Part shown: in pieces, positions 1-10,700 of the stretch
How positions within the stretch are numbered: position 1 is the first letter of the stretch
Layout of the letters: every line of letters begins with the position of its first letter
Made by a program: the position numbers and the translations under genes
Notes under the pieces: generated by a model
The model's database searches: none
The model's input: only the letters and a program-made list of their open reading frames with translations
Told to the model about the DNA's origin: nothing
Source of the DNA: Hydrolagus colliei
Taxonomy: Eukaryota
Reading direction: 5' to 3'
Length of the DNA stretch: 64,000 nucleotides
Assembly: GCA_035084275.1 (NCBI GenBank)
Contig: CM068755.1
Location: 9,486,001 to 9,550,000, forward strand

Positions 1-752
1 ATGACGAGCAAGACAGAGAGATCGATTGCAAGTGAGCCAGACTGACCTTCCAGGCTGGAGGTTGGTTACAGATCTCAAGAGCCATCTGTGACAGAAAGAA
101 AATCTCCAAGCAGATACATTATGTAGAATTTCAGAACTATTGCCTAGCACTAGTTAACTGTATTGCTTCTAATGCTATCTCATCTTGAATAGCAGAGATT
201 ATGTTGAAATATACCAACATTTTGCTGTGCATCGTTACTCTTTCAACAAGTAATGCTAGAATTTAAATGGTTAAAACAGTTTTAAAAAGAGCTGGTTCCC
301 CCACATACTGACCATGGCCATTAGTGGAGTGGGCAAATTACGCAAGCGTTTTGCTGACCTTTGATAGAAATGCTGAAGGTCACAATGAGATAAAGCAGTT
401 TTTAGCTCCACAAACTTTGTTCTCGTCCCAACATCTTTCAAGATTGCATTGCTGATGGACACAATCCAGCCTGGAGAATACTCAGCATTCCTGAGCTGCT
501 TTTACCATCGCAGAATTGGGAGTGCCGCCTGCTGTGATAAAGGCAACTGCAATCATGGAAGAAATTCTGTTCTGCCAACATGCAACAGATCAAATCTGAG
601 GATTATTGTGATTATTATTATAATGCTGTGGATTGTTTGTGCTTTTAGTTACTGCTGTTCAAGAGTTAGACTAGTGGTACAAATAAATCATTCCCTGCTA
701 TGAACATCTCATAAACCATTAGATTTAATAGCATCCTTAAATGTTTGCCCAA

Positions 753-2016
753 GTGCATTTCATATCGCGCTTTTCATGTCTTCTCGATGTCTCGAAGCAC
801 TTCACAGAATATACTATATAATGAATTGACTATACATTTGTGGGCGAAATGCATCAACAACAACAAAATTACATTTATTGAGCGCCTTTCCCGTCGGAAG
901 TTCGTCCCAAGGCACTGAACAGTCAGGTAGGGACCCAAGCAACTCGGAGGGGTAGGGTGGAGGGGATGGGAGGGAAAGAGTTGGGATGGCAGCAGAAGAC
1001 ATTATCTAAGAGGAGGGTCTTAAGACCGGTCTTGAAGGAGGCAAAGGTGGAAGCGATCGAAGGGAATGTGGGATGGAGTTCCAGAGTATGGGGGCAGAGA
1101 GGCTTTCACCGATGGTAGGGCTGGGGACATGGAGCAGACCAGAGCCTGCTGGACAGAGAGGGCGGGCAGGTTCAGAGGGAGACAGCAGGTCGGATAGGAA
1201 GGAACTGGCAAGGCCACCTTGAATGTGAGGACAAGGATTTTGAATTCGATTCTCTGGGGGATGGGGAGCCAATGGAGCCGGGCAAGGATGGGAGTGATGT
1301 GGTCATGGAGCTTGGTGCAGGAGAGGACACTAGCTGCAGAGTTCTGAATGACCTGCAGCTTGCGAAGGGAAGAGCTGGGAAGGCTAATGAGGAGGGTATT
1401 TCCATAGTCAAGCCATGATGTGATGACTATGTGGACAAGGTTTCCAGCAGCCCGAGGGGTGAGGCAGTGGCGGTCTGGCAATGTTGCTGACATAGACATG
1501 GAAATGTACCCCATGTCTATGGATGATGTCACCGAGGGGGGAGCATGAAGAGGGTGAAGAGGAGGGGACCAAGGACAGAGACCTGTGGAACACCACATGA
1601 GATGCTGTGGGGCTGGAGGAAAAGGCGTTGGCGGATACAAAGTGGAGATGGTGTGAAAGATCAGACCGGAATCAGTCATGGACTGAACCTTGAAGGTTGA
1701 GGTGGGAGGAGAGGCAGAGGAGGAGGATTGAGTGGTCCACGGTATCGAAGGTGGCGGATAGGTCAAGGAAGATGAGGAGGCAGGAGCCCTGGTCACAAAT
1801 GGTCAGGATATCATTTGTGATAATTGCAGCGAACAACGCACAGCAGTGCCCCACAAACAGTCGTGGATTGAAATGACCAATTTATTATTTGTTTTGGGGG
1901 ATTATTATCAGGCGTGTGAAGTAAGGAAACTTGCCGAAGGTTTTGCCCTGCCTGGAATTGAACCCAGGTCTTTTGCTCGTAAGGTGAGTGTTCTCACCAC
2001 TGATCTGCAGGACTCC
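753..2016 (-). mobile_element. tRNA-derived SINE (Deu-like body, L2-like tail) split by a nested L2 fragment
   Basis: SINE tail at 753-852 and head/body at 1826-2016 match the other copies in the window. Confidence 0.8.
853..1822 (-). mobile_element. L2-clade LINE 3' fragment (degenerate RT/ORF2 C-terminus)
   Basis: Translations LIFLDLSATFDTVDHSILL and SWLDYGNTLLISLPSSSLRKLQVIQNSAA...HITPILARLHWLPIPQRIEFKIL; (TTG)n tail; frameshifted. Confidence 0.9.
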
Positions 2017-2348
2017 ACAATGAACGGAGAGGGAAAGATATAATCATTGCAGAATAACTATCTGTTGGAATACCTGTGGTACAGCATAATGGAGGCGTAG
2101 TTGGAGATTTTTCAAATACGTTTGTCTGTGCTGCCAGAAAGTCAGATCAAGCATGTACAGTAAATAGCAAGCTTCTCATAGTGCTCAACTAAAACCTGTA
2201 AAAACAAAGACTAGCAGTTTTGTACGAGCTGTTCTGAGGTTTGAAGACCCAATTACAAAGGTACAGAGGCATGTGCATATCCAAACAGCAGAGGCAGACT
2301 CACAAAGAGACCATATTTGGCAGAATGCAAGTTGGCCTCTAGCTTTGT

Positions 2349-2824
2349 GGTGTCCTGTAGCTAGTGGTTACAGCACTTTCATCACAAGCGAGAGGACCCG
2401 GGCTCAATTCACTGGCAGGGCAAACTGTTTGGCAAGTTTCCTTACTCCATAGGCTTGTGTTTACCACAAGTTTGTGTTTACCACAGGCTTGTATTTACCT
2501 AGCAGTAAGTAGGAAACCGGTTGTGAGTAAATTGGCGGATCTCTTTTCCAGCGGGTAATAATCCCTTCAAAAAATAATAATTTGAGCACTAAATCCACAA
2601 CTGTTTGTGGGACACTGCTGTGCGCAAAGGACTCCCTTGTTTGGCCCACAAGCTATAGTCAATGGACTTTATATTCTCTTTATAAGCTCTTTATGAGACG
2701 CCCCCGGGATCCATTATTGTTAATCGCTCTGAGATGCCTTCCGGTGTGGAGGGAGCTACATAAATCAAAGTTGTTGTCCCAAAGACATGATAAGGCGCTA
2801 TATCAAATGCAAGGATTATTATTC
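2349..2824 (+). mobile_element. tRNA-derived SINE, long variant, with an internal 17-bp triplication and a short nested LINE-tail insert (about 2703-2777)
   Basis: A/B-box-like head, GGCAAGTTTCCTTACTCC, tail GCGCTATATCAAATGCAAGGATTATT. Confidence 0.8.
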
Positions 2825-4240
2825 ATTGCACTAACCTTAAAAATGGCATTAACTAAAATCAGGATATATTTGATAGACAATTGTAAAACAAGACAAATGT
2901 ATTCAAGTTCTGACCCACTGTTGCAGTGTTTGGAAGTAATGTATAACAGGAAGTTGGAGGACATGACACGTGAACATGGACGTCACAGAAATTACATCAT
3001 CAGCCTTCCTTTGAAACCTTTAATTTCTGTGAATACAAAAAATAGCTTTTGTGGGCAGATAAATTAGCACTTTATGTTACATACAGTATTACATTCGGTT
3101 ATAGCGGAGTTGTACATGTCACTTGAGTTTTGGAACCCACTAAAACAACAAGCAAGCCCAATGAAGCTTGCGGAGGGAGTATATAAAATGTTACAGGCAT
3201 GCATTGATTTGAACACACCATCTTAAAAATTATTCCAAAAAAGACAATAGTAGATTATTTTACTCTAATAATTTGAATACATTAGATTTTTAATTTGTTT
3301 TTAAATCAAATCTCTCAGTGGTTTAACTTAACAGATGGGTTTTTATACATAAGGTTCTTGATCTATCTGCTACAGACTAACAATTTACTGAGATGACAGA
3401 TACTGGCTGAGCCAAAGAAAATCTGTCTTCCTAAGATTTGAAATTGCATCTTGGCACAGGATTGTGGAATGCAATATAAAGAGGAGTAGTATGTTTACAG
3501 CAGCACATACTAGTTAAAATGAGAGAGAGTGAGAGAACACCATACAAGGCAATTTAGGAAAAAGGCTTGCAGTTAAATTAGGAATTCCCTGTGGTGCTGA
3601 CTTTGAGTAGGATTTTAAATAAATTTTCAGCAGGCATTCAGTGTAATCCAGCTGGATGGCTTTTAGTGGTTAAGTGCTGTAAACTAAGGCACTATGCTGC
3701 AGCCAACAAAAAGACAAATTAAAATATTTCCAACTGAAAGTAAAGCATTCTGCAGTTAAAATGAAAAGCCGAATCAGCAGCACCTCATCTGAAACGTAAT
3801 GTCCCCAAACCTTAAGAAAAAACACGTGAATTTCAAATCAATAGTACGGAAAATAGGAAACAAAAGACAAGTCTGTAGTTTGGAATTCACTTGAGTTCAC
3901 TCAAGAGATCGGAATCTTTGTTGCTCTTTTGTGACTGGATTTTGCTAAACAAATGCAGCAATTTGACGGTTTCCAAATATGAACCGTTGACAAAAAAATG
4001 CACCAATAGTGAGCAAAGATTGTAAAAGAAGCACAAAACCACTTTGAACTTTTAAAAAACACAAGTAACGTTACATTGCTTTATATTGGATTCGCCCTTA
4101 CCTACAGGAAACTGATTTCCCAGCAACACAGCTGTACAGTACTCTGGATTAGTACAGGCCCAAAACTGTGTTGAAATATTTTTTTTATACAATGAAAACA
4201 TTTATAAATCCCATCTTATTTTCACTGACATTCTCCCCTT

Positions 4241-4246
4241 TTTATT
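4241..4246 (-). promoter_or_regulatory. Candidate AATAAA polyadenylation signal (the 3' UTR may extend further, towards about 3000)
   Basis: Plus-strand tttatt about 370 nt after the stop; usage not verifiable from sequence. Confidence 0.3.
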
Positions 4247-4570
4247 CATTCTTGGGATGCCCACAGTTTTGTTGCCCCATTATCCTACACCACTCCAACA
4301 CTAGAGACTCGAAATCTCTTCAAACCTATTTCCGTATATTAACTTATTTTCCTGTACAGAAGGCATGTTGTCTAGCCCTACACATGCTCTATAAACTTCC
4401 CTGATATATATTTAGTGCATGCAAGGCTCGGGAACACGGGAAGCTATCATAATCTACGCTACAATCTATAAAACTGAATAAATTCAAGACTACGCAACCG
4501 TGTATACTTCCATTACATACAATTCAATAAGATTTCTAAATAGATGTGGCTCAAATTATTGAAGTACTTA

Positions 4571-4585
4571 GATATGTTTGATACA
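4571..4585 (-). promoter_or_regulatory. Extended miR-190-5p target site in the tln2 3' UTR
   Basis: Plus strand 4571-4583 GATATGTTTGATA equals miR-190 nt 2-14, so the mRNA is complementary. Nt 15 is a G:U pair and nt 16 pairs. Confidence 0.6.
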
Positions 4586-4612
4586 GAACTAGCTTGGTAC
4601 AAAAAGTTGTTT

Positions 4613-4741
4613 TTAGGTTTCATCTTCCCGTAGTTCTGATGGTAGAAATTTATACTGCTGCTGGCGAATCTGCGCTAACTTCTTACGGGCTTCCTCCAAT
4701 TCCTTCTCTTTTCTCAGCATTTCCTCTTGTGCGGCAATGAT
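4613..4741 (-). CDS. tln2: tln2 coding exon 56 (last; stop TAA at 4613-4615)
   Basis: [42 protein letters not shown]; 129 nt. Confidence 0.95.
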   Translation of the reverse strand: MIAAQEEMLRKEKELEEARKKLAQIRQQQYKFLPSELREDET

Positions 4742-7700
4742 CTGCACAAAGAGTAACGTTGATCTGTTAACTTACCTCTACACGTTAAAAAGTTGCAAGC
4801 AAAGTCAACATATAATCTGAGCACTGTCCTGTGAAGCTCAATCTTCATCATTCTCCATGTATTATAAAAGGACACACACACTCAAGTCAACTAGGAACAT
4901 ATTATTTTATACAGGTGAAACAGAATAGTTGGATTGAATAGTCATAATACTGAGTACAGAGGTGACACATTTATTAACAATAATTTCCATTGATTTTTAT
5001 GTTGGATAGGATTGTAACTTGTGACCCACAAGATGGAAAAAAGGACTCCGCATGGAACTTGTATTCCATTCTACCGGCTATCAGCAAATATTCCATCTGG
5101 TTATCTGTTGGCACTACAGTACACTGTGTTCCATACTTGCAAATACACTGCATGAACAATGATGTAATGCAACAAAAATGAGAGCGGTGTGGAGGCTGTG
5201 AATGGTAATGCATGTATTTAAGTTCCAATTCACTGCATCAATCGCAGAATAATATTTAAGGCAATCATTTTATAAGTGGGATTGAATGCACATCTTAAAT
5301 CTATGCAGATATCACCACTGAAACAGGAAACCATTTGATTGAAAGATTTCAAGTTGAAATTTGCACAAACAGTTACAATAAGAAGGTGCATTTATAACGC
5401 CCTCCACGCCGGGCGGTGTCTGTGCGGTTCACAATGGCGGAGCCCGAAGCCGAGCCTGGGGGAGTGGTATGATGACCGTAAGCGCGGTCGAAGAGAAAGG
5501 TCTTCAGACACGACCTGAAGATGCACATTAAGTACAAACAAACCAATTCAAGATATGATAGCTTATGAGAGGGTCCCAAACTGTTTCATTGATTACACAC
5601 GCACACACACTACAAACCTGAGCAATTCCTCCGACAAATCGTGTTTTGACCACAACATTTTCTTCATCGTGTTTGTCAAATGCTGCCTTTTGAGCTGCTC
5701 TGACCAGATTGTCTGATGCCCGTTTGACAGCGTTTCCTGCAGTCTAGGAAAAAAATACACATAAATTTGAACTCGCACTATTTCTCCTGTGAATAAAAAC
5801 ATCCAGTATTTGTTTGTTTTGAATTAAGGAGAGTAAAAAGGAAGTTAATGTCAGATAACACTGGAGTGACTCATTGGTCGTGGAATTCTATTCCAATTCT
5901 GAGGCAAATTTTGAAATGCTAAAATAACACATATTATTAATATGTAGTCTGGCAGCCTCCTGTGACTTAGAACTAATTATGAAGTCTGAAAGTAGGTGAC
6001 ATAAACGAGGAACGTGTCAGAAATGTGTTAATTAAGGATTTTCAGGCTCAAACTTCAATACAGTCTTAGCCTTGGTTACTGTCTTAAAGTTTTGGTTTGT
6101 GCAGAATTGTAGCAGATTCGATATTTCAGAATTCATATGGGAGCCAATTTCTGCAATTCTTAAATGAACTGCAGAACACCAACTTCAAAATGAAAATTCA
6201 AAATAAGAATTTGGAAAATTCTTCACAATCTGATTTATGGTTAAAGCTGAGTGGAATTTCAGGTACTTGATGCTCATGTAGGTATTTTGTTTCTCCCAAT
6301 CTAGGCAGTGAAAGAGGATAAAGAATAATGTAGATTTCACAGGATATAGCATTTGAATTAATTGGGCATATTTTTAGGTTTACAAAGAGGTGAAAGAAAA
6401 TGGAATTAAAATGGATCGGTTGAAGGAAAGCACAGGGTTAAACAAAACCACAAGATTGCACACAAGCTGTTTGAGCAAACAGAGTTTGAGAGTCATTTCA
6501 AATGTTGTTGAAGCTCCTCCTAGTGATGGAAAATAATTGAACATTGGGGAAAGTTGATCTCTCTGTCCCAATTACTGACAGTGCTGAACTTGGGGAGGGA
6601 ATACAGCACAAGAAAATTATACCACACAAATACAAAAGCCTTTGAGACATTTCGAAGATAAAACGGGCTCTCTATCAATGACAGGATATCATTATTACAA
6701 ATAAAATTCTAGTGTGATCTTTACACTTCTAAACTAGATGTACGGCTTAGGCCGAAGAATGATGGTGGCTGACTAGCACAAGGTTAGCCGATCTAATCAA
6801 TCCCTGGCTAAACGGGCACAACAATAACGGCATGACTGATCGAATAATATGTTTACCTGCAGCCTCCTCATAGCTTCTGAATCTTGGTCTGCTTTCACTT
6901 TGCAAGCTACGAGGAGCTGTGCAGTGGATGCTGCCACTTGTTTGGCTGACGATATGAGCTTCTCTTCACTGGCATGGCCCTGAACAGAAGCATTTGCTGC
7001 CTCGCATAGATTGCTTGTTGCAGCTGCCACCATTCGAGCCTGAAACAATAAGAGAACAACGAATAGGCTCATTCCAGACACTGAGATGCCAAATCATAAC
7101 TACAGACTGGCACCCAGGTACAGTATTTCAATTCTGTAAAAAGATTTATCAGCCCTGTCTGCCAGTCACAAAAAGCAGCTGCACAATAATTCAGGCATGT
7201 ACAAATTCCTTTCAGTGACCACCAGTATATATTTATGGTTTTGCTTCTAAACATCGTTTGGATTAAAAAGTGTTGTGCCTGTTTTAAGAAAAAACAATAA
7301 TTTTCAGTAGAAAGGTGGATTAAGCAGTAGGACCAGTAAATTAATTCCACCTTGAAAGCATTGGTATTGATAACTCGATTCAAACATCCGTACAAAAGTC
7401 ACATTTTATCATTTGCTTATTATAAAATTGGGATTGAAAAAAAAAGGGAATAATAGCTGTTCACTGAACCAACAGTCTTTTGAATGAAATTGTACTCTAG
7501 GAATTTCAACACTGAAGCAATGGATAGATAACAACAAAATTACATTTATAGAGCACGTTTCACCTCTGGAGGATGTAGATAATTCTCTTCAGCAGACAGC
7601 CTAGGCCAGAGATTCAAAAAGTCACCCAAAGGGAAATTGGGATAAACTTTTCATCATGGATTATATTAACTAATAAGAATACTTGCATTTGATATGGCAC

Positions 7701-10700
7701 TTTCCAAGTCTTCTAGACATCTCAAAGTACTTCACAGAATATACTGCAAAGCAAATTGACTTTATATTATGTGGGCAAAACGTGGCAGCCAATTGAGCAC
7801 AGCAGTGTCCCACAAACAGATGTGGATTGAAATGACCAATTTACTGTTTTTTTGAGGGATTATTATCAGGCGTGTGGAATAAAGAAACTTGCTCAAGGTT
7901 TCGCCCGGCCTGAAATCAAACCCAGCTCTCTTGCTTGCAAGGCAGTGATCTAACCACTGAGCTACAGGATTCCACAAAATATCAATTGAAAGACACCCAC
8001 TGCAAAGGATGGAATAATATCGTTTACAATGATATTGTAGAAAGATACCTACTGCAGATATAAGTCCTTGAGACCACTGTCCATCATCTACTGCATTAGC
8101 CAGGATAGCTCCAACCTGTATTAAGAAGATGTGGTGAGAAGTTAAGGCACTAAAATACAACAAATACTAGATCAATAAATATACAAAAATAAGCACTTCT
8201 CGCCAACAAAGAATGCTCACCTTTCCTTGTGCAACAAGCTCTCGCTGGGCTGCTGAAGCAGACTTGACCAGTGCACTGGTAGCAGCTGCAATGGACTTGG
8301 CGGCCTCCAAAATCTGCTCCTCAAAGTTGAGGGTCTCGTCTGCTTGCTACAGGGAAAGCACAATACAGTGTTACAGCGAAATACCGTAAAATCTGTGTGA
8401 ATTACATAAAACCAGATAATTATGTGAAGGAGCATTCTATCCCTGCCCCCACCCCCTCGCCCCATTTACATTGCTCCAGCGACCACCCACACACAAAAAA
8501 AATTCTCAAAGCACAATTTTATTCATCAAGTATTCCAATTAAGGAAAAAAAAAGTAATTAGTCCTGCTCAATAGTGTGTTTTATTTCAAAGACAAACTTT
8601 ATACAACTAAAATCTGGTGTTGATTCTTTTTAAAGAGAATTGCTCCACACACAAAAAACAGTCACCAATTACTTTTTTCTTTAAGAAGCAAGACCACTAT
8701 GGATGTGTTTTATTCAACATATCGCCTCCCCCCTCCCTCCCCAACCCCCCCAAAAAAAATCACAATGAATGTCCATTTTGCCCATGAAAAATTTTGAACC
8801 CCGGAGACAGGGCAGGACACTATAGGAATATGTTTGATATATAGTTGGCTTTAATAACAACCTAATATATCAAACATATCACACAGAGTCTTGCAAGACA
8901 GGCATCCAGGTTTGATTCAGCTTCAAAGAACACAGTAGTACATGCAACTAAGCACTAACAAGACACCAATGACTGCGAGCAACTTAATTCACTGTGGTGG
9001 CTGAATAGAGAAACTCTTTGGATACTTGAACTAAACTTCTGATTGACACTTAAGATAAATCATGTTTATTCAGAAACTACAATAACTTTCATTTGTGTAA
9101 AACCCCAGAGCGCTTGTTTAGAAACATCAAACATCAAAATGTACACTAATCTTTGGTAGTATAAATTGGCAGCTAGTCATCTACCAGAGAATTAGCCCTT
9201 ACCCTTGGCTTAGCCCTCGGCTTAAGCTGTTCCAATTTCTTGGCTGCAGCTTCGATAGACGCTGCAGCTCCCAGAAGCTCAGCTTCAGCAATGACCGTTG
9301 GGTCTTCAGGGTCCACCCATTCTGTGCCTGAGCAAATGAGAACATTCACTATAACCTCTCCGCCAATGTGTACATTTGTAGCAAGCATTTTAAAAATATA
9401 TGAATAACATTTTTAATAAAATTGAGTTTTTTGTAACTGGAAGCGAATAATATCTTAAAATGTTTTTGTTTTTTGAAGTGTACAGTATTTCCTTTGATAA
9501 AGTTCATGAACCTTGTGATTAATTTAGAATCGCAAAAGGCTATAGTTATTATAACAGTTGCATTTGAAATTACACCTTTCATGTCATATGGGTGTCTTAT
9601 AGTTTCACAGGTTTTGACTGTAAAATGTGCAGCGGCTGTATTTTATCATAATACAGGTAATAATAATCCTTGCATTTGCATTCACATCTTCTAGACGTCT
9701 CAAAGCGCTTCACAGAATATACCGTAAAGTGAATTCAGTGTATGTTTTGTGATCGAAATGCGGCAGCCAATTGCACACAGCAATATCCCACAGTTGTGGA
9801 TTGAGTGAACAATCTATACATTTTTTAGGAGGGATTATTATTAGGCATGTGGAGTAAGGAAATTTGCCCAAGGTTTGCCCTGCTTGGAATCGAAACCAGG
9901 TCTCTCATTTGCAAGGTGGGTTCTCTAACCACTAAGCTACAGGACTTCGAATTAGAAGAACGCAGTGGTCAATTTGAGTGGCCAATTTTATTTGGGGGTA
10001 TTAGCCATGAGGCTGGGAGTAACTTGTGCCAGGGGATACTTAACGTCCACCTGAGCAGGTGGACTGGACCTTGGTTTAATGTAGATTAATACAATAACTC
10101 CCAGCCGTGTATTACAGTATCAGCCTAGACTATGCGTCTTACCTTCTAACTCGGGTTGTGAGAGTGCAACTAACTGCGCCAGCCTGAAACCTAAATTATC
10201 CGTAAACTGGTTTATCGCATTAAAGCTGCTAATCTCTGATTTAAGATGCTTACGGCTAATGATTCTCCCAAAGTATGATTAAACAATCTTTATTTCTCTT
10301 TACAACAGAATAGACGCTTAGAAATGATGTACAAGAGCATCATGCAAAAAGACATTTCCACATATTCTTCCAAAATCTCAAAAATTTTGGAATCTCACAC
10401 TTCACTCAGAGGCCAGATATTAGAAACACTTGAGTTCACTGTAATGACAGAGATCAATCTTAGAAGCAATTGCGATTTGTTTGGATTTAACAAACGTTGG
10501 ATTGGGCAAAACTAAAATATTTAATGTGGATTATTTTCTCGCTTCCAAATGCAAGGACCAAAATTGTACAAAAATGATCCAAGAGCCAAAATGGAATAAT
10601 TGGAACAGATTTTTTTTGTCTGATATTTAGACTACGGGGGGCTTTGTTTAATTATTCTATTTCAGAACACAAATGATCATTGAAGTGGAATGCTGTATAA

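Noticed and set aside
1-720. Short ORFs (271-462, 449-703) as part of a neighbouring gene
   Set aside because: No recognisable protein similarity or convincing exon boundaries.
1020-1796. 258-aa ORF as a host protein-coding gene
   Set aside because: It is a frameshifted L2 retrotransposon ORF2 remnant nested in a SINE.
2582-3067. 161-aa plus-strand ORF
   Set aside because: It starts inside a SINE, has no recognisable domain and shows no splice support.
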